Below are positions 38,401-50,300 of a stretch of 64,000 nt of DNA, piece after piece. Position numbers and translations under genes: made by a program. The stretch's first letter is position 1, and each line of letters begins with the position of its first letter. The notes below the pieces were generated by a model. The model searched no databases. It saw only the letters and a list, made by a program, of their open reading frames with translations, and was not told the origin of the DNA. The stretch comes from Raillietiella orientalis. Lineage: Eukaryota. The stretch spans positions 5,580,001-5,644,000 of the forward strand of contig JAYWIR010000005.1 of NCBI GenBank assembly GCA_036172245.1, read 5' to 3'.

Positions 38401-41303
38401 CTCTCCCTCACGGGCAACTCCGACTGGAAAAAGATAAAGAAAGTCTCCTGGGCGAACGTCCCTCTCACCCCGCCCCTCCTCCTCCTGCATCTCCGTGGCT
38501 ACGAGGGCACGAAGACTGTCGCGCCGTTGTCGAGGATCTCGTGCTCCGACGGACACGCCGCCAGTAGTCTTGGCGGAGCGCCGATCGGGCGAGGGCGGGC
38601 GAGGGAGAACGGATTCCCGAGAGGCACGCGAAAGAGACCGCCTGAGGCGGCGAGCTGCTCCCTGAGCGGCAGGCGACAGGAAGTTCCCCCAGAGTTCCCT
38701 CACCTGCCTCCTCGGGACAGCACAAAAGGAGAGGGAAGCGATGGGGCTTTAATTCTGGAAGGCGTCCCGGAACGAGGAGGTAGGAAGCGGGGCCAGCGTC
38801 AGGAAAGTCCGAACAACTTGACCCTGCATCTCACGCGCCCCTCAGGGCGCGAGGCGTGGCGAGAGGGAGAGAGGTGGGGTAGAGGATGCTTTCCTAGGAT
38901 GGCTCCTGAGATGGTTCCCGAAGCGACGAAGATCCGGGTTACGCGTCGAGGCTCGGAGGGGGGAAGAGGAAAGGCCGACCTCTTTCCCTCGACCGCAACA
39001 CCCAACGACGGAGGCGGAAAACTTCTGCGTCTGTCTCGGTCGCCGAGCAAAGCGAGGAACCGGAAATTCCCCGAAGTTCTGGATCGAGGCCCTCCACTTC
39101 CTTCCCCGCCCTTCCCTTCCTTCCCGCTCGTTCCCTCACAAAGTATTCCCCTGCCGCCCCCCCCCCCATCCCCCACCCTCGCTTCCTGCTTTCCTTCCAC
39201 CGTTCCTTTCCTCTCCACGGAATGGGCGGCGCTTTCGTCTCGCGCGAGCCGTCTTTCCCGCCGGTATCCATGGCGACGACAGCAAAAGCAGCTAACGAAG
39301 CGCGAAATCTTCCTTCCTTGATTTGTTAGCGGCTCTCGCGGGGAGGGAGGGAAAGAGAGCGCCTTGAGCTATCGCGACCTTGGTGTCACGGCATCCTGAA
39401 CGTCGGTGAAGCCTCGCGTGCTTCTAAGAAGCGCCGCGTCGATAACAGCTGGCCGCCGGGCGTCGGCGTCGGCGGGCTCGTGGCCCATAGAGGGCAGGCA
39501 AGAGGTGCGCGAGCGCCGCCGGCTGTGGTCGAAGCGAAGGACGAAGGGGAAAACGAGGAAGAACACTGCGAAGGGGAAAAAAGAATTTCGGGGCTCTCGG
39601 AAAAGAGGAACTTCCACTGTTGCCGGGCTCCTTTCCGTCCCTCCCTCTAAGTGCGCCCCCTCCTCCTTCATTCCCTCTGCGATGTCGGTCAAGATCCCTA
39701 CTGCAAGAAGCGCACGCTGCACCGGTGGGACGCAAACGGCGGCAAGGAGACGACCCGACGCTCACTCCGCCTCACCCCAGCGGGAGGCGAGCGGAGGGGT
39801 GACAGAGAGCGCTCACTGCGGGTTCCTGCAGTCCGGCCACCGGAGCTGGAGAGGGAGGGGGCGGTCCAGTGGATGCCATCGCCCGTGTCTTGAAGGCCGC
39901 ACCTGCTGCTCCGACCTGCCCTGCCTACAGAGAATGTGACAGGAAAAGCGGACCGGTAAGTTCGGGTCCTGGACCACCCTAGTGACCTCCGCGGACGCAA
40001 CCCTCCCCTTCCCAGAGCAAACGCCTCGCTCTCAAGTCCCGAACCCGGCATGCGGCAGCACCAGCGTTCCGGGATTCGTCCGGCTGTGGGTCGGAGTTTA
40101 TGGAGACCTGGAAGACCGGGACCCTCCTTCGGTGAGTCGGTGCCATCGTGTGCGAATCGTCTCCAAGCGCCCTTCTCGACAGCCGCAGTCTCACCTTCCC
40201 CCTTCCAAGATGACGGCCGCTGAAGAGTTGCTGCCGCTTCAGGTATTTCGAGATGACACATAGAGAGGGACCTGAGGGACTCAGGGCGACCCCAGTGCGT
40301 GTAGAGTCACCGCGTCGAGAGATGAGGTGAGCGCGCCCCAGCTCTTCCTCAGCTCCCATCTCTCCTGCTCATCTCTCGTAGTATATCCACTGCACGCGTC
40401 TGCGCCGCGCAGTCTCCATTCCACTCTGCGCATGGCGCTGTGGGGAGTCGTCCGACTGACGCGCTTGGGGGTGACCTGTCTCCCCATTGTGGGAGCCACT
40501 AAGTCCATTGCACCATGAAGAGCGACGCGGCTGCCGCAAGCATCGGATATGAAGAAGCCACGCCTGAAGATCCTCCCATGGCTCCGGAAGACGGAAAGAC
40601 CTTCCTGGAATTCCCCAGGAAATTCCTGGGTCCAGACTTCCCTGATCTCCTCTTCCTCCCCCCTCTCCCTCCCCTCTCCTTCCTTTGCTTTGCCGCAAAA
40701 AACATCATCATGCAGGTGCACTGACACCTCTCTGGGACAACATTGGGCATCCATGAGAAGAATCCTCGCGCACTGCGGAAGTGGTGCTCACCGCATAGTC
40801 TTGGAAACCCTTCTGAGCTTGCTTCTGAGATGCTCCAGGCTGCAGCAGGGCAGGACCCTTATCGTCGTGAAGCTCCAATCCCCCAGGATCGATTCCCCCT
40901 GGAACGTCCACCTCCTCGGAACCACCAGCAGCACCAGATGGCAGTTCTTCTGTCCCCTGAAAGAGCAAGTGAAGCAGCCAAGAGGAAAAAAGGGTGGATG
41001 TCCCTGCCGTCGAAGGGAGTCATTTGTGTTCCTCCAGATAGCTGCAGCGAAGTGATCCAGACTGGAAAGTGGCTCAAAAGGGCTCGCCAAAGACAATTCC
41101 TCATAAACCTGGTCGTCGTGACAGCACCGCATCTCGTGCTTTCCCCTCCCCTCCCTCTCCTCCCGAGGCAAACTCTCGAGAATCCTCACTATCGTATCCT
41201 TTCCACCCTCCACTTCCCCTTCCTCCAGGTGATGCTCACAGTAAGGTTCGAGTCCTTTCGCTCAGTGTGAGACTTCCTTTTTTAAAAAGTGTCAGACTTC
41301 CTA

Positions 41304-41322
41304 TTTATTTATTGTAAATAAA
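41304..41322. promoter_or_regulatory. Back-to-back polyadenylation-signal hexamers
   Basis: AATAAA on + at 41317-41322 and on - at 41304-41309 and 41308-41313, in an AT-rich patch at the GC transition. Confidence 0.3.
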
Positions 41323-44300
41323 TTGGTGCTGCACATCCGGGATGAGAAAGTTGTACGCGGCATGTCTCCTGGTCCCGTCCATTTCAAACGGATGCCCAGA
41401 GCTCTTGGCTGAATCGCACTCATAAGAGTCTCTACAGAAAGGCTCTCTCATGAGAATGCATCCAGGAAGAACCTTTCATCCCTGCTGTCTCAAAAAGGAT
41501 GCTGTTTTCTATGGGACTGCGGGTGAACTGGAAAGAAGCATCATGGCCTCGAGGAAGGAATTCTTTCCCATAACGAGCTCATGACAACAGGGTATGTGCA
41601 AGAAGAGGCTGTGTTTTCGATTACTGCCATTTTACTGTTTTTACAAGCAAGGTATTGTGGCAGCCCGTCTCCTTGACAACGGTATATGAAATGTAAGCAA
41701 ACAGGCGAATTCCTGCTACGGTACATCGGCACGGATGGTGATGCTGCTGGTACCAGTGATTATTTTCACGGTGGTGTCTTCTACTTTCGCTGCAAGAAGA
41801 AGTCAAGAAAGGCTCGGGAAAATTCAAGGCTGAGATTGGATTTCAAGATGAACGCTTGGAACTGGAGAAAAATTCGAAAGCAAGAAGTAGTGCCTACCGC
41901 CTTCTCGAGGACTACCATTCAGGCCAGGTGGATGAGTTCTCATACCTGGGTGGGGAAACAGCAGTCGAGTGTGGACAGTGAGCAGAGGCAATGCATCCAT
42001 GTGATTAACCACTTCCTTCTGCAGACCACCGAATCTGGACAATTATCTCGAAGGCATCTTTGTGTTTCCTCTGAGTTCCCACGCCCCTCGCGATAGCAAA
42101 TCGGCATGCTTTTGTCAGAGTTGCAAGGACGTTTGGCAAGCAGATCAATAGGGTGAAAAGGTGGCATGCAAAAATGAGTCCTCGGTCAGATTCCCCAGAC
42201 AAGCAAAGAGAGTGGAAAAGTCTCCTTTCCTTCAGTTGAGCTTTATTGTACAGGATCCAAGTAATGGACACTGTTAATCAGCATGATCAGCAAAGCTTTA
42301 GAAAGAAAAGGGTGCCAAGAAAGCACTTTCGATGTACAGAATCTTCAGCAAAGGCATTCTTAATCTGTTTGCTACAGTGTGTGCTTCGTGTTTGCTGCCA
42401 TCGGTATACCTTCAACACTTCACCTTCCTTTGCGTTTCCAAGGGTATGCTCCCGCATCACTTTTCATACATTGATCCCACCTTTTTTAAGGCTGTAGAAT
42501 CCGAACCGACTGAAACCGACTATCTCCACCCTTAGAATGCATCCTTTCCCTTCCACTGAACAGGGTTCCCTTGAAATCTGGAAGACTTCATCTATGCAAA
42601 TAACTTCACCATCATTCAAACATTCACTCCATGGTCACTACTTCCTATGTTTTCCTGTGGATCAGTGACCTAATAGCGTGCAAATCACTCATTCTCCTAC
42701 TCCGGAGGAAGATTCGATGTAACTTGGAGTTTTAATACCACCAGCAGCAGCAGCAGCGTCACCAGCAATAGCAACAGCAATAACAATAACAATAAAAGGA
42801 GAGGATACATGACCTCTGAGATCCAAAATTTTCAGTATTAAATCAATTGGCGTTTTAGTTGGACTGGAATTCCTAGAAGCAGGAATCAGATGGTGTTTTG
42901 ACGACAGCAGCGTTGGATCTTTTTCACGATCGGCGCTCTTCACAACGAGAGGGTAACAGCCAGAATCATGATGAGCGTCACCTGCTATGGCTGGATGGAA
43001 GCTGAAGGGATGCGTCGTCATCATAGGATTTTCAACCGACTGATGGAATTTTCTTCAAGAGAGGACGAAACAGAGCCGAAAAGACTTTGTGCTGACGTCA
43101 GCTGGGTTTGCGGGAAGATGCAAATTCTAGAAACGATGTGAAAACTGGGTGGGAACGAGATCCAATGCAGATGCTTGGAGTCTGCCAATGTTCCGCTTCA
43201 CTTCAGGTCTTTCTTTCGAATCCATTCGGTCCCACCTCAAAATATGGCAGAGTTACGCAAGCGGGGGCAACCTTGGATGCAGAAGCAAAGCAACAAGCGA
43301 TTCGGCTCCAGAAGCGTCAAAGTTGATCATGTGCTCCAAGAAACGAAGTTTTCCCAGTTCCGTGCCAAAGAGGAAGTAATCGGTTTGAGGCCACTGACCA
43401 TCACTCAAGATACAGAGCAAACCTGCTGAGGGACAGAGTCGTTCATACCCGTGCGTTGGGCAGAATGAGCTTGCGGTAAGGAAAGAAACCTGCGGAGAGA
43501 TGCTAAGAGTTCAGCCAATGCTTCAGTTGTCCTCAGAGGATCTCTCCCCCGAGCCGCCAATTAAAATGGACCCAAGGTACAGCTTAAGGTTGTCTTCATC
43601 ATCTCCTGGAAAACACTCCCACGCTGGTAAATCGCATTGATTTCGTGAGGAAGTCTGTAAAAATCTGCCTGTCCCATTCGCCGCACGCTAGCAGCCGCTT
43701 TAGAGAACACGAGGAAGAAATCCACTCTGCTCTTGGGCTAACCGCGTGGCAAATCCCGGAAGAGGAACCAACAAGAAAGTGCTTCCGGAGCATCTGAGCT
43801 CCCTTATCGCGGAGCGGTGCGATTTGCAGAAAGGCCGTTGTTGCCTTCCTCCCCCCCACCCCAGTTTCCCTAATATTCGGTTTCCCCGAACGCTCACGGA
43901 GGTTCGAGCTGTTTTCGGGAGTTCGGAAGTTACTGTGGGGGCAGTCCGTGTCCTTCAAACCCATGCGTTCCAGAGGGGATGAGAATTACTACCATTATTA
44001 TTTTTTAATGAAATCTCAGACTGATTTAAACGATAGTGGACCATTAATCACGTGCGTGCTACTTAATTCTGCTTGATCCCCTACCATGAGATCATCTGCT
44101 CCGTGCAGTCACCACCCAATTATGCACCACGCCTTAAAATGCTTGAATATGCAGCTTTCGTTGAAGATAATGGGAACGAATAGGAGAAATTATGAAAGCT
44201 TCGCAATTATGGAAGAATTAGTCCCCATTAGCCGCCAGAAGTCCTCCCTATTGATGGACGGAACAACGGTCGCATCCCCTGATTTTGCGAGACATCCCAC

Positions 44301-47300
44301 AGAAAGTTTCGATAGAGAAGGGTGGCATCTTGTGTTCTTTCCAGAGTGCATGCGATCTCTCGTACCATTCCAGGAAAGTCCAAAGATGCTCAAGCTCGCG
44401 AAGTGTTCCCTCCCCCACGAACGGGGTTTGGAGATCGGATCGGGACTCTGGAATTCCTCGGGATGGGCCTCTTCTGCAGTCTCGGACTCGTGCACCTGAG
44501 TGAGAAGCTTTCTACCAGCTTGTGCGCGGCCGCTGCACTGCCAGGTCTGTACGGGAGGAAGAACGACTTTCTGTCCTGTGAGGCTGAGCTGAGACCTGTG
44601 GCCGAGTGGTTCCCAGAGACACCCGACTCGTAAATCCGTTTCTGCGACCCCCCCCCCCTCCCTCCTCGAGCCGTCTTTAAGGGAAGAGCGCACCCGCGCT
44701 TCTGTGTCTGCGCCAGCCCAAACTGTCCGTCTGTAGACTGGAAATTCTGAGAACGCACACCTCGTAAATCGGTGATCCGCCCCGTGAACGCGCCGTCCCG
44801 GCACGGATCAAGTCTGCGCCGTGCGTCCGTGGTTGACCCCGTCTCGAGTAAAAATTCTTTGGGAAACCGTTTTCCACTTTGCATCACGTGCGTGCCACAG
44901 CTTCCTCGGTATGACATCGATCATCCACGACACTAGCATCAACAAACGCTTGAGAAACCATTTATGCCATTTTCCCATTTGCAGTGATCTCATGCATAGG
45001 AAATGTACATTAAAGATCCATTCCGGATGATTGGAAAATCAGCGTGGACTTTCACCCCGAAAGCAGCCAGTCCGTGCAATTGGGTTTTCTTTCTTTCTCG
45101 GGGGAGGACACAGTCCTCTGGAGCGGCGGTCCACATTCCTCGAACCCGCAGCATCCTTTTCTCTTACCCAGGAATTTGGGGAAGAGCAAGAGAGAACCTC
45201 CGAGGGCGCTCTCTCTCCTCTCCCTCAGCGACGGTCGTCAGGCATCGGTGAAATATGAGTGTTTGGTTAGTGAGAGAAGCTCACGAATCGCGGAGAGGCG
45301 CTGCCAGGCAACTGTCGGGAGAGAGGTGTTCATCTTCGTCCGTTTTCCGAAAGCCGATTTGTGGAATGCCTTCCCGTCGCGCGCGCGCTCTGAGCCATTC
45401 ATTTGCATCAGGTAGATGAAAGGAGAACAGAGAATGCTCATCTGCCTTCCACGCGAATCCAGGGGGACGCATATCCATGGTGGGAAGAGGTGCGTGGGTG
45501 CGGCAGCAGGGTGAGGAGGGGAGGGAAAATGCATAAGTTACAAATAAATAGGTAAGGAGATAAACCGGCCTCCCGGCACTAATGACTTCCGATGGCCTAC
45601 GTTCGGTCAAAAAAAAAAACGGGGAGAGAGGGACAAAGGGTGCTTTCACCGATTGCGGGACCTAAGACTGTTCCGAGGCGCCCTTTTTGAATTCGCCGCC
45701 CGTTGAAGCCACTTGAGCATCCTCCGCAACTCTCAACTGCTATTGCAAAGAGGTTCCTTGTATGCCGGCGGCGCTTCCCATCCTGCCGTGTCAGAACGGT
45801 TGATGTTCGTACGTGGTAAAAAGAGTGGCCGAGAGAAGGCTTCTGGCGAGCAGAGGAGGCTTGCGCATGAGACCAAGGAGGTTCGGCTCCCTTGTGGTGC
45901 CTCCGCATTCGTGCTGCTGCAGTCTTCCATGTTCCAGAGACTAGTGAGAAAGGGATGTCTCGATGTCAGGATGGACACGCTCCATGGCGATCCTCTTTTT
46001 TGAGACACGAAGCAGTTAGTCGCCACGAAGAATCCGAAATTCTGGAAGGAGAGCTGAGGGAATCGTAACTTCTCTTGGAGGGTGGCGCCTGCCACTTCAG
46101 CAGCGAAATTTGATCCAGCGGATCTCAGGGAATTCGAGGCTAACAATCAAACCGGAAATGAAAGGAGCCATTGCGGAGATCTGGTCATGTATAGGATGCA
46201 CTTCAGCATATTTCGTTGTTCCTTCTTCTGCTTCCGATTCTGATGATAGCTCCCAGCCACAGTTGCCCTCATCTTTGGGAAAGAATGTGGTGAGGGAGGG
46301 ACAGTGGTCCAACCGGCGTGACCGCAAGATAAAAGCGCTTCGGGCGGGCGTTACTGCCACTGGTCTCCATGTCCCATAAATCCTGAATCTCTGGATCAAA
46401 GAGAAGCGGCGGAGATGGGAATGGAACTCCAGAATCTTCCAGAATCCTGAAGCAGCATGCTTTTGCATTTCGCTTGTTTCACGTTCCTTCAAGGAGGTAT
46501 CAGGGTGGATCCATCCGGAAAGATCTTGGAAGGTCCAGGGAAGAGGAGAGTAAGGAGACACGGGAAGGAAGGGGAATTTCCGAGTTAACATCCGGACCGA
46601 ACTGCCCCGCAAAAGACCCAGAATCGAGTGCTTTCTTCATTCTTGTTGGTGCGATCGTCGTTTCTTAAGGAGCTCCTAAGGCCTGTGGAAACGAAACGAG
46701 AGCTGCCTAACCGCTGGCCCGCCAGTAGCGTGTCTGCTGAAGATTGTGGCTGCTTCGTCATGCTTCGGCGAGAGGGCCTCGGATCAGAACTGGAGGAGAA
46801 GCTCTTGCACGGCGTTCCTCGGGATGACACGAAAATGCTCCTCTCTAGAACAGAGCTGTTGCCTCGCAGGGACCAGGAAGCAGGAACTCCTCTCCTCCTC
46901 ACCCTCTCTATTTACTCGTGAGCGATGCAAACGTCAGGAGAGATCACGAGAGTACATCTGAGTTCCAAGGTCTATGAAGAAGCCTACATGTCTCTCAGTA
47001 TGCCAAAAAAACAACCGTGCTAGAAGCGTAGGACCCATTGGCCGGAGGTCCAGTTCAGTGAAAACGAGGGGGTCCAACGGTCTTCGTCAGTGTCGACGTC
47101 TTCCCTCATGGCCCCCCGATCTCCATGCTCTAGAGGGTAGGAAGGTCGCAGCGGAAGCATCTATGCGACCGATTCCAGAAGGTGAGCACCTCGGACTAGC
47201 GTCCCAATGGAGGGTATGGAAAGCTCTGGGAACAGCGAATGCTCCCGCTCAGACGATCCCGCGAGATCTACACTGCATGTCTGTCCCCCTGCCCTTGGCT

Positions 47301-50300
47301 AAATTCTGGACAAAGAGGCCTTGCATCTCTTCTAGAGAGATCACCGCACAGACGATGTTCTCTGTGAAACCTCGGCATCTCTGCAGGTTCTTTGGTTTAG
47401 CTTTTTCACTGTTCACTTCCTCTAAGAAACTGCTGCCTTTTCACTCTTTTGCGAAAGGTGCGGGATGCTGCTTTCCTCAGTAGGAGATTTAGAATGGAGC
47501 CGAGGTGACGACCATAGGAAGCATTCAAACTGCTGCATCGTGGGAAGAACATCCAGAATATTTTTTACGACTCGGAGGACTTCTTCGGGGAAAAGCAAAA
47601 GTTGAGACAGAAGAGGTGAGGCAAGAGCTCCTGGCCGTAAGAACGACTTTTCTGGTTTCCTCACCCGTGTGCTGACCTCCTCCACGCGTTGCTGTGACGA
47701 CGGCCAGTTTCGCGTCTCCCAGGGACATCATGTAATGTTCCTTCCCAAGTCCTCCTTGCACGACTTTGGCTGGCCCTTCTCGAGGAGGCTCTTGACGTCC
47801 AAGAATGATGCTCTGTGCGTGGATTCAGAGCCCTTCGTGAGACGTCCTCTGTCTAGGATCTCCCTGGTTTGACGCTCCGAGAGAAGAGGAAAAGATGCAC
47901 ACGAACCCGAAAGCATCTTCACAGGCAGGAATTCTCCACGTAAATTACTCAGATCTCTTCAAAGGGATGCTGATTTTTCTTCTGCTCAAGCGAAGTAGCC
48001 AATCAGATGAATCGAGTCCGACTATAGGCCTTCTTCCGTTCGGCCGTAGGTTCTTCTAGGCGGCAGTCAGGAGCACGATGGGGTCCTACTACCAGAGTCA
48101 TACCTTCCCTTAGGAATGCCGTGGGTGTTGACTAGGAAAACGACCAAATTCGGCAGGTCGGTGCGCGCCGTCGATACCATGAAGTTCGATTGTCACTATG
48201 GATCCAGGACTGAGGACACTGAGCAAAGCATTCCTGTGGAAAAAAGGACTTTTTCTTGGAAGAGTTATTTATGGAACGTCAGACGGTCTTATCTGAGGAA
48301 ACTATCGAAGACATATGCTTATTGGAAACAGACTTCTAGTGAAAGTCAGAGACCACTCCAAAGAAATCATCGACACCTCCGGCGACGTTCGACATCCGCT
48401 GGGAGATCCGTTTCGCATAGTGATTTCCCTTTAGCTTTGCGAGTACGCAATGCTTCTTGAAGTAAGTTACAAACTTCAGATTCCCAACATTTCATCAACT
48501 GGAAATCATTTCTGATCCGTTAGCCTTCTGCTTTCGACAAATAGAAATCCCTACGACGAGTTCCCTGGATTTGTGACTAAAGTGCCGTTCACTCTTAGTA
48601 CAAGAATAGCTCTTACGAGGAGGTGAAGCCTCTTAAAGAATGCTTTCATGTGATCGGTCTTTGCATGCAGCTCAAGGGGGTTGCACTGCCCCTTCATCAG
48701 AAGAATGACCTAGCCTGTGCGTCCAGTAATATCTTTGCTGTACTGGTTGTATGCCTAGTCTTCGCCCGAGTCGAAGGATTTCCATTTTTGGGGGGGAATT
48801 CATCGCCTTGGGAGATCCCAGGAACCCAGCAATTTCTAAACGCAAGGCTTCGAGTTTAGAGGAGGACGGATAGACAACAGCCTTTTCTCTATGTTCCCCT
48901 TTCTCTTTTCCCTGGACTCTGTTGCACCCAGCTGCAGTGCTCTCAAAGGGGCAACGGTAGTCAGTAACTAAGCTCCTGTACTCCTGTGTCCTGCTGGATT
49001 ATGAGGTTCGATAAAAACGGTAGATCCAGATGTGAAATTTCCTTCAGTCGACGCATCTCTCAATGACCACCGTTTCAAGCGCTCGACTAAAGCTCGACTA
49101 AAGGTGTCATCCTTTTGGTACATTGACGAGAATGCCACACACAGGCGCTCAACGTGTGTAGTAGGGTCTCATCTCACACCAGGCAGTAGTTGTACGAGTC
49201 ATCTTCCGGTTTTCTTTGCGCAGATCGGTGGGTAGCGGGAAGACTGAGTCGTGCTGCGGGGACAAACCTAAAGTACAATAACCTCAGGTGTTCGCCGCTG
49301 GAGATGAATTGGCTTGATACATAGTGTCGTCCAGCTTCGGAAGCGGAAAAGTAACGTGGGAGAGGAATGGCTCTCAATGGCGAGTGCTGCTGGGGAAACC
49401 GTGAGAAGCTGTCCCATGTTAAGCAATAGAATGCTCTTTGTGGGACTGAGGTCCCTTTCTGGATGTGCAGTCATGTCAGGAAGTGGGACAAAACGGGAAG
49501 CAGTTCATTAGGTGTAAGAAATATGGAGACTTCAGAGAGTGGTCAGGTAAGTTCTTGAAAACTCGGGGCACTGTCACTATCTGAGGATAGGCAAGGGGAG
49601 GTCGATAGATGGAGAGTACGATGTACCAGCGATTCCAGCCAGTAAGCATCATGAGTGCCTTAACGAGGAAGATGAATTTTCTTGAGAAAGGGGAAACTTT
49701 TTAGGAAAGTATGAGACAATAGGGAGGAGTTTCAGGAATATTTCTAGCGATGTATCGGTGAACCATCGTAGTGCACATTAGCACGTGTGTTCGTGTTGGA
49801 TATATGGAGCTGAAATTTACCTTAGTCGTTATGGATCTAAGATTCAAGACCTGATCCGACTGCTCTCATCATGATTTCGATCTGATGGAGAAGAATCTGG
49901 GATGCAGTCTCAAATGAAATGCATCCGGGGCTGCATTATGCATTGCAGGATTATTTGGCATGTGCTCGTGGCAATGTAGAAGTCATGCGATTCGTATTCG
50001 TAGTCAAAGTAGCGTGCTCGCTCTGCTGTCCTTCTGAAGGTCAAGAAGAAATTACCTTAATGTGCACATTGGGCTTCGATAGTGCCAGTGCTATTCCATC
50101 CAGTGTTTCAATACCGTGCCACCTTCAGTAAAAGATTTAAATGATCTCAGGGATGGTTCAGTTACCAAGCAGGTCAAGCATAGAATTGCTCCACGGTTCG
50201 TGAAGAAGAAAGACTTCCAGCTCCGCCGAGCACTGTTGCCAGCAGAATAAAGAGCCCAAATAAATTACGATGGGTGGTGTTTCGAAGATGCGCAAGTGAG

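Noticed and set aside
14000..40000. Long ORFs such as 36265..37674 (469 aa), 38239..39321 (360 aa) and 17066..17962 (298 aa)
   Set aside because: Arg/Pro/Gly/Ser-rich, overlapping in all six frames and without recognisable motifs; expected in GC-rich non-coding DNA.
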